Assembly (NCBI GenBank): GCA_000252525.1
Contig: JH611157.1
Location: 348,638 to 412,637, forward strand
Source: SAR86 cluster bacterium SAR86A
GTDB taxonomy: Bacteria > Pseudomonadota > Gammaproteobacteria > Magnimaribacterales > D2472
Direction: 5' to 3'
Length of the DNA: 64,000 nucleotides
Shown: positions 48,717 to 59,156 of the stretch, one piece after another
Position numbering within the stretch: the stretch's first letter is position 1
Layout of the letters: each line of letters starts with the position of its first letter
Translations under genes and position numbers: made by a program
Notes under the pieces: generated by a model
What the model saw: only the letters and a program-made list of their open reading frames with translations
Told to the model about the DNA's origin: nothing
Database searches by the model: none

Positions 48717-50059
48717 TTTAATTTTAGGAATTCTTTTTCTAAGTAATTGATTGTATGTTCATTTTCAATAAATTTCTTATCATTTAAAATATCTTGATGA
48801 AGTGGTTGATTGGTTTTTATCCCTTCAACGAAAAATTCATCTAAGGCGCTAATCATTCGCTTAATTGCAGATTTTCTTGTGTTAGCTTGAGTGATAATTT
48901 TTGCAAGAAGAGAATCATAAAATGGAGGAACATAGTAACCACCATATATATGAGAGTCATATCTTATCCCAAACCCACCAGCAGTATGCATTTTTGAAAT
49001 AACGCCTGGCGAGGGTTGGAGTGTTTCAGGATCCTCAGCATTTATCCTGCATTCTATTGCATGGCCATTAAAGCTAATTTCATCCTGATTGAGAGTTATT
49101 CCTAAATCAAGAGCAATTCTTAATTGTGCTTTCACGATATCAAAACCAGTTATCATTTCTGTGACTGGATGCTCAACTTGAATCCTAGTATTCATCTCTA
49201 TGAAATAAAAATTCTTATTTTCATACAAGAACTCTAAAGTTCCGACACCTTCATAATTAATTTCTTTACATAAATTCACACATGAATCTAAAATATTTTG
49301 AAGGTTTTGAGAATCAATGTCTAAAGCCGGAGCTTCCTCAATTATTTTTTGATGTCTTCTTTGCATACTGCAGTCTCTGGTGCCTAAATGAATCGCATTA
49401 CCTTTTCCATCACCAACAATCTGAACTTCAATATGTCTAGGATTTTCTATAAATTTTTCTATATAAATTTTATTGTTACCAAATGCATTACCTGCCTCTT
49501 GCATCGTTATGTCTATCGTGCTTAAAAGCTCATCTTCTGCTTCAACGATTCTCATGCCTCTTCCGCCGCCGCCGGCTGTAGCTTTTATGATTACAGGATA
49601 GCCAATGTTGTTTACTATTGTTTTGAGTTGTTCATCATCCTCAGGAAGATCATCAGAATAACCAGGAACAATGGGGATATTAAACTTTGAGACAAATGCT
49701 TTAGCAGTTATTTTATCTCCCATCTTTCTTATTGTGTCAGAATTAGGCCCTATAAATTTAAAACCACTTTTATCACATTGTTCAGCAAAGTCTGGATTCT
49801 CAGCGAGGAAACCATATCCAGGATATATTGCATCAACTTCAGTTAATTCTGCAGCTGATAGTATTGAAGGAACATTCAAGTAGCTCTCAGCTGGAATTGC
49901 TGGCCCTATACAAACAGTCTCATCAGAGAATTTTAGATGTTTTAAATCTTTATCTATTTCAGAATATACACTGACCGTTTTAAGGCCTAACTCTCGGCAA
50001 GCCCTTAAGGCACGAAGAGCTATTTCTCCTCTGTTGGCAATTAGGATTTTTTTTGACAT
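48713..50059 (-). CDS. accC: Acetyl-CoA carboxylase, biotin carboxylase subunit
   Basis: The ATP-grasp motifs GYPVIIKATAGGGGRGMR and EMNTRIQVEHPVTE are present. Length is 448 aa. Confidence 0.95.
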   Translation of the reverse strand: MSKKILIANRGEIALRALRACRELGLKTVSVYSEIDKDLKHLKFSDETVCIGPAIPAESYLNVPSILSAAELTEVDAIYPGYGFLAENPDFAEQCDKSGFKFIGPNSDTIRKMGDKITAKAFVSKFNIPIVPGYSDDLPEDDEQLKTIVNNIGYPVIIKATAGGGGRGMRIVEAEDELLSTIDITMQEAGNAFGNNKIYIEKFIENPRHIEVQIVGDGKGNAIHLGTRDCSMQRRHQKIIEEAPALDIDSQNLQNILDSCVNLCKEINYEGVGTLEFLYENKNFYFIEMNTRIQVEHPVTEMITGFDIVKAQLRIALDLGITLNQDEISFNGHAIECRINAEDPETLQPSPGVISKMHTAGGFGIRYDSHIYGGYYVPPFYDSLLAKIITQANTRKSAIKRMISALDEFFVEGIKTNQPLHQDILNDKKFIENEHTINYLEKEFLKLK

Positions 50060-50500
50060 TTATTCGATAACAATAATTGTTTGACCAAATTCAACCGGTT
50101 GTCCATCATCAACCTCAATAGATGATATTTTTCCATCAAATTCAGATTTGATTTCATTCATCATTTTCATTGCTTCGATAATACATAGGACATCTCCTTT
50201 GTTAACAATGTCACCAACCTTTACAAAAGGCTCTTTATCAGGACTTGGTTTTCTATAAAAAGTTCCAACAATTGGCGATGTGACTTGATTACCTTTTATT
50301 TCGTTTTCAATTTGATTATTATCAATTTTATTAATTGATTGAGATTCATTGTTAATGCCAATGTTACTATCTTGAAGAACTTTTATTTCCCCAGAAGATT
50401 TTGAAATTCTCACTGATTCTTCCCCTTGACTTACTTCAATTTCGTTCAAATTTGAAGCTTCAAGCATCTCAATTAACGTTTTAATTTTTCTAATATCCAT
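50060..50500 (-). CDS. accB: Biotin carboxyl carrier protein
   Basis: The biotinylation motif EAMKMMNEI is present in a C-terminal lipoyl-like domain. Confidence 0.92.
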   Translation of the reverse strand: MDIRKIKTLIEMLEASNLNEIEVSQGEESVRISKSSGEIKVLQDSNIGINNESQSINKIDNNQIENEIKGNQVTSPIVGTFYRKPSPDKEPFVKVGDIVNKGDVLCIIEAMKMMNEIKSEFDGKISSIEVDDGQPVEFGQTIIVIE

Positions 50501-50508
50501 AAGATTAC

Positions 50509-50940
50509 CTATTTGTTTTCTATTATTTCTTTTAAAGCCATAATGTAACCATTAGTCCCATGCCCACTAAAAACCTTGTATGCTATGTCTGAAAAATATG
50601 ATTTTTTTCTAAAATCTTCTCTAGAATTTATGTCTGAAATGTGAACTTCATAAAATGGTATCTTTACTGCAAGTAACGCGTCTCGAAGTGCAACACTAGT
50701 GTGCGTATATCCGGCAGGATTAAAAATTATTACATCTACCTGATTTTCATATGCATTTTGAATAGAGTTAATTAACTCGTGTTCAGCATTGCTCTGGAAA
50801 AACTCAATCTCACAATTTGACTCATGCGCTAAATTTTTTAATTTTTCTTCAATAGAGGCAAGGCTTTCAGATCCATAAATATCTTCTTCTCTTAAGCCAA
50901 GAAGATTTAAATTGGGACCATTTAGCACTAATATATTCAT
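50509..50940 (-). CDS. aroQ: Type II 3-dehydroquinate dehydratase
   Basis: The motifs ILVLNGPNLNLLGLRE, NPAGYTHTSVALRDA and EVHISD are present. Length is 143 aa. Confidence 0.92.
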   Translation of the reverse strand: MNILVLNGPNLNLLGLREEDIYGSESLASIEEKLKNLAHESNCEIEFFQSNAEHELINSIQNAYENQVDVIIFNPAGYTHTSVALRDALLAVKIPFYEVHISDINSREDFRKKSYFSDIAYKVFSGHGTNGYIMALKEIIENK

Positions 50941-50980
50941 TTAACAGATTTTAACCGATTTTAAAGAATTTTAAACGAAT

Positions 50981-51394
50981 TTATAAAATATATTTCTGTA
51001 TTGGATAACAAAACCCCTGTTCTGCACATCCCTGATAAAAAATCGCATGATCTGATTCATCATAATTATCGTTAAATACAATTTTTAAATAATCTTTATA
51101 AATTTTAGTTTTACCAAAATACTCATCTTCAGTTTCATAGACTGATGATTCTAATATTTTATACCTAATAGGTTCTTTCTTATTTTGAATCTTAATTGAG
51201 TCGAAATATAAATAATAATTCTCTCGAATTCTCCATTCAACATATATTTTATTATTTTCATTTTTAGTGCTTATAACGAATACTTCATTCGCAGGAAGTA
51301 TTTTTTCTTGTTTAAACAAATAATTATTTTCATCAGATAAAACATCTGTTTGAAAATTCATAAGCAATGCAAAAATAAATAATGACTTTTTCAT
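50981..51394 (-). CDS. Stand-alone DsbD N-terminal (alpha) domain protein
   Basis: After a signal peptide, the sequence is colinear with E. coli nDsbD. LPANEVFVIS..YVEWRIRENYYLYFDSIKI matches VPADQAF..LTWQIKDGYYLYRKQIRI. EDEYFGKTKIYKDYL matches EDEFYGKSEIYRDRL. YQGCAEQGFCYPIQK matches YQGCADAGFCYPPETK. The ORF stops 5 codons after the redox cysteines, and aroQ starts 40 nt later. Confidence 0.75.
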   Translation of the reverse strand: MKKSLFIFALLMNFQTDVLSDENNYLFKQEKILPANEVFVISTKNENNKIYVEWRIRENYYLYFDSIKIQNKKEPIRYKILESSVYETEDEYFGKTKIYKDYLKIVFNDNYDESDHAIFYQGCAEQGFCYPIQKYIL

Positions 51395-51536
51395 CTGTAA
51401 GTAGGATAAACTTCTGGAAATATATTGTGAAGTATTTCTTTTATTATAATTTTAAAATTAATGTCAACTCTATATTTCTGAGAAGAAAAAATTTTAATAA
51501 TCTTTCATGAAGCATTTCGTCAATTATAATTTATAG

Positions 51537-52544
51537 ATGCTATTAAATTTTTTAGTTAATTTTTACTTATTGATTCCAGTATGGTTAATCAAACTAATTT
51601 GTATTTTTAATAAAGATATAAAAAGAGAATATATTTTCGACCCACAATCAAAACTATTAATCTATCTATTTCCAAAACTTGAATTGCAAAATGTAAAAAA
51701 TGATGAGATTAAAAATTTGAGAAGTGCAATTGAAAAAAGAAGAACTAATTTAAGAATTTCAAAAAAACCTAAAAAAGAAATTAAAAAAGTTGACCATTAC
51801 CTTGATAAAGATGAATCAATTTTACTCCGTGAATATTCACCATACAAAGTAGACAATAAAAATATTATTTTATTTTTTCATGGAGGAGGTTATGTTCTAA
51901 ATTCTGTTTTTACCCATGATGATATGGTTGCATATTTTTCTGAAAAATTAAGAACAAGGATCTTTTCTCTAGATTATAAACTTGCTCCTGAAAATAAATT
52001 TCCTGCAGCATTAGAGAATGCAATTCAAGCAGTTGAGTGGTTAGAAGATAAAAATATTTCAAGTGCAAATATTAGCTTATGTGGAGATAGTGCCGGAGGT
52101 CATTTAGCTGCATCTCTCACACATCATTTTACTAATGAAGACAAAAAAATTCATAGTCAGTTTTTGATGTATCCAATGTGTGATCCTAATTGTGATTCTG
52201 AGTCACATAAGATTTTTGGTGATAAATATTTTTTGACTAATCAGGCTATGAAATGGTTCTGGAAACATCTGCAGAAAGATGAAATTGATATGACAGATGA
52301 AATGTTTAATCTTTTATTGATTAATAAAAAAATAACCGCAGATCATACATTTATAATAACTGCAGGTTTTGATCCGTTACATGACGAAGCTGAAAAATAT
52401 GCCTCTCTTTTACACAATATGAACAATAATGTGAAACAATTACATTACCCATCTATGTTTCATGGTTTTGCAACTATGACAAGATTAAAAACCGCAAATA
52501 GAGCTGTAAATGATTTTTTAAGAGAGTACAAAAAGATTTTATGA
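51537..52544 (+). CDS. Alpha/beta hydrolase, hormone-sensitive-lipase-like esterase
   Basis: The oxyanion motif HGGGY, the nucleophile elbow GDSAGG, and the late Asp/His (DPLHDE, MFHGF) are present. Confidence 0.8.
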   Translation: MLLNFLVNFYLLIPVWLIKLICIFNKDIKREYIFDPQSKLLIYLFPKLELQNVKNDEIKNLRSAIEKRRTNLRISKKPKKEIKKVDHYLDKDESILLREYSPYKVDNKNIILFFHGGGYVLNSVFTHDDMVAYFSEKLRTRIFSLDYKLAPENKFPAALENAIQAVEWLEDKNISSANISLCGDSAGGHLAASLTHHFTNEDKKIHSQFLMYPMCDPNCDSESHKIFGDKYFLTNQAMKWFWKHLQKDEIDMTDEMFNLLLINKKITADHTFIITAGFDPLHDEAEKYASLLHNMNNNVKQLHYPSMFHGFATMTRLKTANRAVNDFLREYKKIL

Positions 52545-54127
52545 AAAATATAGTAGAGGTAAAAAATTTAAGTATTAATTTTAAAGTTAGAGATGGATCA
52601 TTCTCTGCTGTAAAAGATATTAGTTTTAATATCGAAAATAATAAAACTTTAGCTTTAGTTGGAGAATCCGGCTCAGGAAAATCAGTAACCGCTATGTCGA
52701 TTATGCAATTGTTACCCATGCCACAAGCGTCATACGATTTGCCTTCATCTATAACATTCAACGGCAAAGAAATAATTGGTGCTTCAAAAAAAGATCTTCT
52801 CTCCATAAGAGGTAATATTATTTCTATGGTTTTTCAAGAACCTATGACTTCATTAAATCCTTATCATAAAGTTGGCGATCAGATTACTGAATCAGTTTTA
52901 CTTCATACCGATAAATCAAAAAAAGAAGCTTATGAAGAAGCAATTGAATTAATGAGGCTTGTAGAAATCGATGATGTTGAGAGAAGATTTAAATCTTATC
53001 CTCATGAATTATCTGGAGGGCAGAGACAAAGAATTATGATCGCAATGGCTTTGGTGAATAAACCCAAACTCTTAATTGCTGATGAACCAACAACTGCCCT
53101 TGATGTAACTATTCAAGCACAGATTCTTGATTTAATGTCTAAATTAAAAAAAGAATTAGGAATGTCAATTTTATTTATTACACATGACTTAGGTTTGGTG
53201 AAAGAATTTTCTGATCAAGTTTGCGTCATGCAGGATGGAAAAATTGTCGAACAGGGTAATACTTCTACTGTCTTTGAAAATCCGTCACATCCATATACTC
53301 AAAAACTTCTTAATGCAGAGCCTCAACCAAAAGAAAATATCAATGGTGAACTAAATCCTTTGATTGAAATTGATGGCCTAAATGTTTTTTATACAATGCC
53401 ATCAATAAATTTTCTAAAGAAAAATAAATTTCATGCAGTTAAAGATGTATCTCTTAACATATACAAGAATACAACTATTGGTTTAGTTGGCGAATCTGGT
53501 TCTGGCAAGTCGACTCTTGGGAAAGCCATTGCTAATTTAATTAATTTTGATGGAAAAATAGCATTTAATGGTCAAGAAATCGCAAAATCTTCTAAGGATA
53601 TAAAGAAACACATACAAATAGTATTTCAAGACCCATATGGATCATTGTCTCCTCGTATGACTGTAGGAGAGATAGTTGGAGAGGGACTTGGAGTTCATTT
53701 TAGATTGAGTAAAAAAGAATCCACTTCAAGAATAGATAAAGTTTTAACAGACGTTGGTATTGAATTGAGCTCAAAAAATAAGTATCCCCATGAATTTTCA
53801 GGAGGACAAAGACAAAGAATTGCGATTGCACGCTCATTAATAATGAATCCTGCATTTATGATTTTAGATGAACCTACATCAGCTTTAGACCGCTCAATTC
53901 AAATTCAAGTTATAAACTTATTAAAAGATATTCAAGATGAGTATAAGCTTACATATTTATTTATCAGCCATGATTTAAAGGTTATAAGATCAATGTCAGA
54001 TTATATTTTTGTAATGAAAGATGGAAAAATAGTAGAATCTGGCATCTCGAGTGATGTTTTTGAGTATCCAAAAGAAAAATATACTAAAAAATTACTCGCA
54101 GCTGCGTTAAGATACGCATCCGATTAA
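52541..54127 (+). CDS. ABC transporter ATP-binding protein with duplicated ATPase (YejF / Dpp-Opp class)
   Basis: Two full cassettes are present. The Walker A motifs are GESGSGKS (twice). The signatures are LSGGQRQR and FSGGQRQR. The Walker B motifs are LLIADEPTTALD and FMILDEPTSALD. It shares an ATGA overlap with the esterase gene. Confidence 0.85.
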   Translation: MKNIVEVKNLSINFKVRDGSFSAVKDISFNIENNKTLALVGESGSGKSVTAMSIMQLLPMPQASYDLPSSITFNGKEIIGASKKDLLSIRGNIISMVFQEPMTSLNPYHKVGDQITESVLLHTDKSKKEAYEEAIELMRLVEIDDVERRFKSYPHELSGGQRQRIMIAMALVNKPKLLIADEPTTALDVTIQAQILDLMSKLKKELGMSILFITHDLGLVKEFSDQVCVMQDGKIVEQGNTSTVFENPSHPYTQKLLNAEPQPKENINGELNPLIEIDGLNVFYTMPSINFLKKNKFHAVKDVSLNIYKNTTIGLVGESGSGKSTLGKAIANLINFDGKIAFNGQEIAKSSKDIKKHIQIVFQDPYGSLSPRMTVGEIVGEGLGVHFRLSKKESTSRIDKVLTDVGIELSSKNKYPHEFSGGQRQRIAIARSLIMNPAFMILDEPTSALDRSIQIQVINLLKDIQDEYKLTYLFISHDLKVIRSMSDYIFVMKDGKIVESGISSDVFEYPKEKYTKKLLAAALRYASD

Positions 54128-54142
54128 ATATTAAACATATAA

Positions 54143-55801
54143 ATGAGCTCAAGAAAATATTCAAAAGAGTTAGTTGATGGTCCAAATCAAGCAGCTTCAA
54201 GGTCTATGCTTAGGGGTGTTGGTTTTACATCAGAGGACTTTACAAAGCCTTTCGTTGGGATTGCATCAACTGGTGCAAAAGTAACTCCATGTAATATGCA
54301 TATAAATAAACTTTCCGAGATTGTTGAAGATTCTATAAATAATTCAGGTGGTAAGGGAGTACTTTTTAATACTATTACAGTATCTGATGGCATCTCAATG
54401 GGTACACAGGGAATGAAATATTCACTTATATCAAGAGAAGTTATTGCAGACTCAATTGAAACTGTCGTTGGATGCTTAGGTTATGACGGGTTAATTGCTA
54501 TTGGTGGATGTGACAAAAATATGCCTGGATGTCTCATTGGTATGGCTAGGCTTGATAGACCTTCTATTTTCATTTATGGAGGATCAATAAAACCTTCAAA
54601 TGAAAATACTGACTATGTAACCGTATCAGAAAAAGTTGGTGAATTTTCAAAAGGCGAAATTAATGAAGATCGGTTAATTCATTATGAAAAAATTTCTGTT
54701 GAAGGCCCTGGATCATGTGGTGGTATGTATACTGCAAATACAATGGCATCTGCTGTAGAAGCTTTAGGAATGAGCTTGCCTGGAAGCAGCAGTCAAGATG
54801 CTGTCTCAGAATCAAAAAAAGATGACTGTGTATCAGCTGGTGAAGCAATTATGAATTTATTAGAAAGTGACATAAAGCCGTCTGACATTATGACTAGGGA
54901 AGCTTTTGAAAACGCTATTACAGTTGTTATAGCACTTGGCGGATCAACTAATGCAGTTCTTCATTTATTAGCAATTGCTCATTCAATCGGTGTTGAATTA
55001 GAACTTGATGATTTTACGAAAATCGGAAAGGAAACTCCAGTTCTTGCTGATCTTAAGCCTTTTGGAAGTCACTATATGTCTGAATTGAATGCAAACGGAG
55101 GAATTCAACCATTAATGAAATTATTGCTTGATAAAGGACTGCTGCATGGAGACTGTCTAACAGTTACCGGTAAAACTCTCAGTCAGAACCTAGAAAATGT
55201 AACTCCTTATGAGAAAAAAAATATCATTAGAGATTTTGATAATCCTATTAAAGAAAATAGTCACCTCAGAATTATGTATGGAAATTTAGCTGTTGATGGA
55301 GCTGTTGCCAAAATTACTGGTAAAGAAGGGACTTCTTTTGAAGGTAATGCACGAGTTTTTAATTCTGAAGAGGAGGGAGTTGAAGCTATATTATCGAATT
55401 CAATTAATGATGGTGATGTAATAGTAATTAGGTATGAAGGACCTAAAGGCGGACCGGGTATGAGAGAAATGTTAAAACCAACGTCAGCAATTATGGGATT
55501 AGGTTTAGGAGATAAAGTTGGATTTATTACAGACGGTCGTTTTTCAGGGGGCACACATGGATTTGTGGTAGGACATATTTCACCAGAAGCAGCAGAGGGT
55601 GGAAACATCGCTCTTGTAGAAAATGGAGATACAATCTTAATTGATGCTGAAAATGATCAATTGATTCTTAAAGTTGAAGATAAAGTTCTAGATGAAAGAA
55701 GATCTAATTGGACTAATCCAATTAAGACTCCAAAAAAAGGAGTGCTTGCTAAATATGCAAAGAGTGTAAAATCTGCAAGTTTAGGTGCTACGACAGACTA
55801 A
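54143..55801 (+). CDS. ilvD: Dihydroxy-acid dehydratase (short form)
   Basis: ILVD/EDD motifs are present: GGCDKNMPG, GSCGGMYTANTM and ITDGRFSGGTHG. Length is 552 aa. Confidence 0.93.
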   Translation: MSSRKYSKELVDGPNQAASRSMLRGVGFTSEDFTKPFVGIASTGAKVTPCNMHINKLSEIVEDSINNSGGKGVLFNTITVSDGISMGTQGMKYSLISREVIADSIETVVGCLGYDGLIAIGGCDKNMPGCLIGMARLDRPSIFIYGGSIKPSNENTDYVTVSEKVGEFSKGEINEDRLIHYEKISVEGPGSCGGMYTANTMASAVEALGMSLPGSSSQDAVSESKKDDCVSAGEAIMNLLESDIKPSDIMTREAFENAITVVIALGGSTNAVLHLLAIAHSIGVELELDDFTKIGKETPVLADLKPFGSHYMSELNANGGIQPLMKLLLDKGLLHGDCLTVTGKTLSQNLENVTPYEKKNIIRDFDNPIKENSHLRIMYGNLAVDGAVAKITGKEGTSFEGNARVFNSEEEGVEAILSNSINDGDVIVIRYEGPKGGPGMREMLKPTSAIMGLGLGDKVGFITDGRFSGGTHGFVVGHISPEAAEGGNIALVENGDTILIDAENDQLILKVEDKVLDERRSNWTNPIKTPKKGVLAKYAKSVKSASLGATTD

Positions 55802-55802
55802 T

Positions 55803-56795
55803 ATGATAGACAGAAAATTTCCAAAAAGCAGACTGCGAAGACTTAGAAGAAGTTCTAATCTAATAAATCTAGTATCGGAAAATACTTTAAGTGCTAATGA
55901 TCTTATTCAACCATTATTTATTAAAGAAGATTTAGATGGCTCTGAACCGATAGATTCAATGCCTAATATAAATAGGTATGGCTTAAAAGATATTTTGAAA
56001 GAAATTGAAGATGTTTTACATAATGGAATAAATACTATTGCATTATTCCCAGTCATTAATCCAGATAAAAAAGATGAAAATGGTGGCGAAGCTGTTAATG
56101 AAAATAATCTTATTTCAACAGCCATTAAAAATATAAAAAAAGAATTCCCTGAGATTATTTTAATTGCTGATGTTGCTTTGGATCCTTATACATCTCATGG
56201 TCATGATGGAGTTCTTTTAGACGGTATTGTTGATAATGATTCTACTCTAGATGTTCTAGTTGAGCAGTCATTGGTTCTAGCTAATGCTGGTGCAGATATA
56301 ATTGCGCCATCAGATATGATGGATGGGCGAATTAAGTTTATCAGAGAAGTTTTAGAGAATTCTAATCTAAAAGACACTATATTACTCTCATATGCAGCTA
56401 AATATAATTCAAAATTTTATGGACCCTTTAGAGATGCTGTTGACTCAGCTTCAAATTTAGGTGAGTCCTCTAAGTCAAGTTACCAAATGAATCCAAGTAA
56501 TATAAATGAGGCTTTGCAAGAAGTAGCAATGGATATAAATGAAGGCGCAGATATAGTAATGGTTAAGCCTGCAATGCCTTATTTAGATGTTATTCATGCC
56601 ATAAAACAAGAATTTAAAATTCCAACTTTTGCATATCAAGTTAGCGGAGAATATAGCATGCTTAAGCTTGCCATCGAGAAAGGATGGCTTCATGAGGATG
56701 TTATGCTAGAATCACTTCTCAGCATAAAAAGGTCAGGCGCAGATGCAATACTTACATATGCTGCAAAAGATATTGCAAAGGAGATTTCTAAATAA
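55803..56795 (+). CDS. hemB: Porphobilinogen synthase
   Basis: The N-terminus is RLRRLRRS. The Asp-rich metal site ADVALDPYTSHGHDG indicates the non-zinc type. The Schiff-base lysine lies in IVMVKPAMPYLD. I moved the start to ATG 55803, 1 nt after the ilvD stop. The track ORF began at 55785. Confidence 0.92.
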   Translation: MIDRKFPKSRLRRLRRSSNLINLVSENTLSANDLIQPLFIKEDLDGSEPIDSMPNINRYGLKDILKEIEDVLHNGINTIALFPVINPDKKDENGGEAVNENNLISTAIKNIKKEFPEIILIADVALDPYTSHGHDGVLLDGIVDNDSTLDVLVEQSLVLANAGADIIAPSDMMDGRIKFIREVLENSNLKDTILLSYAAKYNSKFYGPFRDAVDSASNLGESSKSSYQMNPSNINEALQEVAMDINEGADIVMVKPAMPYLDVIHAIKQEFKIPTFAYQVSGEYSMLKLAIEKGWLHEDVMLESLLSIKRSGADAILTYAAKDIAKEISK

Positions 56796-57121
56796 TGAGT
56801 GATGTAGTTGAAGTACAAAATTCTGAAGACTTTCAAGAAAAGGTAATTCAATCTGATAAACCAGTTTTAGTAGACTTTTGGGCTGAATGGTGCGGCCCAT
56901 GCAAACAACTGGCTCCTTTAGTTGAAGAAATAGCTAAAGAGCATAAAGATGAAATAACAGTGTGCAAGATGGATGTTGATAATAATAGGGATACAGCAGC
57001 ATCATATGGCATAAGATCAATACCTACTTTGATGATTTTCTCAAACGGTGAACTTGTCGGTACAGAGATTGGAGCACTTACAAAACAACAACTTGACGAA
57101 TTTGTTAGATCAAAAATTTAA
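56795..57121 (+). CDS. trxA: Thioredoxin
   Basis: The WAEWCGPCK active site is present. Length is 108 aa. Confidence 0.93.
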   Translation: MSDVVEVQNSEDFQEKVIQSDKPVLVDFWAEWCGPCKQLAPLVEEIAKEHKDEITVCKMDVDNNRDTAASYGIRSIPTLMIFSNGELVGTEIGALTKQQLDEFVRSKI

Positions 57122-57235
57122 AATTTTATCTAATAAACTTTGATTCTTAATTAAAAAGAGTTATTATTTTTGTTCCAGATTTAGAAAACATTCCAGTTTT
57201 AAAAAAAATTCAAAAGATTATATTGGGGAAAATTT

Positions 57236-58513
57236 ATGAATCTTAGTGAAATAAAAGATAAGCCTATTAGCGAATTGGTTGATATTGCCTCTGAGTTAGG
57301 CTTGGAAGATCTTGGCCGTTTAAAAAAACAAGAAATTATTTTTCGTATTTTTAAACACAAGGCATCTGAAGGAACTGACATATTTGGTGGGGGAGTTTTA
57401 GAGATTTTAAATGATGGATTTGGATTTCTAAGATCGCCTCAAGGATCTTATTGTGCAGGTGAAGATGATATTTATGTTTCACCAAGCCAAATAAGAAAAT
57501 TTGGACTTAGAAAAGGTGACTCTGTCGAAGGAAAAATTAGGACACCAAAAGATAAAGAAAGATATTTCGCTTTAATCCAAGTAGATACTATCAACGGTGA
57601 AGAGCCTGCTAAGACTAAAAATAAAATTCTTTTTGAAAACCTTACGCCACTTTTTCCAACAGAAAGATTGATGCTTGAGCAAGGAAGTGGCTCAAATGAA
57701 GATCTTTCATCAAGAATTATTGATTTAATTGCTCCAGTTGGAAAGGGACAAAGGGGTTTAATAGTTTCACCTCCAAAAGCAGGTAAAACTTTAATGCTTC
57801 AAAGCATTGCTCACTCTATAAAGGCTAACAATCCAGAAGTAGAGCTAATAGTTTTACTTATTGACGAAAGACCAGAAGAGGTTACAGATATGTCAAGAAC
57901 TGTGAAAGGTGAGGTTGTTGCAAGTACTTTTGATGAGCCGCCAACTCGTCATGTTCAAGTTGCAAATATGGTTATTGAAAAAGCAAAGAGACTTGTTGAA
58001 CATAAAAAAGATGTCGTAATTTTACTTGATTCGATTACAAGACTTGGTAGAGCATATAACTCAGTCCAGCCCGCATCTGGGAAGATCTTAAGTGGAGGAG
58101 TAGACTCAAATGCTCTAGAAAGACCAAAAAGATTTTTTGGCGCTGCTAGAAATTTAGAAGAGGGCGGAAGTCTTACAATTATTGCGACTGCATTAGTTGA
58201 AACTGGGTCAAAGATGGATGAAGTTATTTATGAGGAATTCAAAGGAACCGGTAATATGGAAATTCATCTTGAAAGAAAAATAGCAGAGAAAAGAATCTAT
58301 CCTGCTATAAACATAAGGAGATCAGGAACTAGAAGAGAAGATCTTCTAACATCAGACGATGAACTTCAAAGAATGTGGGTGTTAAGAAAAATTTTGGACG
58401 AAATGGAAGATGCCCAAGCAATACAATTTTTAATAGATAGAATTAAAACTCATAAAACTAATGATGAGTTCTTCAACTCTATGAAAAATGGAAATGGTAA
58501 AAAAACTAAATAG
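57236..58513 (+). CDS. rho: Transcription termination factor Rho
   Basis: An N-terminal Rho_N domain ([16 protein letters not shown]) and a CSD-like RNA-binding region are present. Walker A is SPPKAGKT, followed by [10 protein letters not shown] and a conserved C-terminus. Confidence 0.95.
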   Translation: MNLSEIKDKPISELVDIASELGLEDLGRLKKQEIIFRIFKHKASEGTDIFGGGVLEILNDGFGFLRSPQGSYCAGEDDIYVSPSQIRKFGLRKGDSVEGKIRTPKDKERYFALIQVDTINGEEPAKTKNKILFENLTPLFPTERLMLEQGSGSNEDLSSRIIDLIAPVGKGQRGLIVSPPKAGKTLMLQSIAHSIKANNPEVELIVLLIDERPEEVTDMSRTVKGEVVASTFDEPPTRHVQVANMVIEKAKRLVEHKKDVVILLDSITRLGRAYNSVQPASGKILSGGVDSNALERPKRFFGAARNLEEGGSLTIIATALVETGSKMDEVIYEEFKGTGNMEIHLERKIAEKRIYPAINIRRSGTRREDLLTSDDELQRMWVLRKILDEMEDAQAIQFLIDRIKTHKTNDEFFNSMKNGNGKKTK

Positions 58514-59156
58514 CTTTTTTTATATCATCTAACAAACTATCAGAAAAATAATCAATTATTTTTGATTCGTAACCCATTTGAGATATTTCACTTTTAACTC
58601 TTTTTGATATTGAAAATAACGTCACATCGTTATCTTTACTGTGAATATTTTTAAAATACATTTTCGCAGATAATACACTTGTAAAAATTACTGCTGATGC
58701 ATACTCAAACTCAGATTTTAGATCATTATAATTATTGAGTTCTATCCTCTCATAACAAATAATTTCTTCAGAAAATGCCATATTTTCGTCAAGGAATTCT
58801 TTAATTTTATTTAGACCATCAACTCCTTTTACAATAAGGAATCTTCTTCCTGAGAGGTTTTTTCCAAGTAAAGAAATTAACTCATCAGATCCTGGTGGTG
58901 TTGGGCAACTTGACTCAACGCCATAGCTAGAAAGAATAAATTTTGTTGATTGCCCCATTGTATATATATTTTTTTTATTACAAATTTCAAAGTTTTTAAA
59001 ATTTTTTACTGAGGCAGTGCTTTGAAATATAACATCTGTAAAGATACCTTCTGGCAATAAGTAATTAATAGGCCTAATTTTAAAAAGAGGAATATTTTTT
59101 ATCATCTCCTCTTCATTAGCGATTAATGGAGATGAGCTAGTATCAATGATGTTCAT
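58506..59156 (-). CDS. hemD: Uroporphyrinogen-III synthase (divergent, short)
   Basis: The 216-aa protein overlaps the hemC stop by 14 nt. It has a HemD-like two-lobe pattern ([26 protein letters not shown]). The call rests mostly on position. Confidence 0.65.
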   Translation of the reverse strand: MNIIDTSSSPLIANEEEMIKNIPLFKIRPINYLLPEGIFTDVIFQSTASVKNFKNFEICNKKNIYTMGQSTKFILSSYGVESSCPTPPGSDELISLLGKNLSGRRFLIVKGVDGLNKIKEFLDENMAFSEEIICYERIELNNYNDLKSEFEYASAVIFTSVLSAKMYFKNIHSKDNDVTLFSISKRVKSEISQMGYESKIIDYFSDSLLDDIKKAI

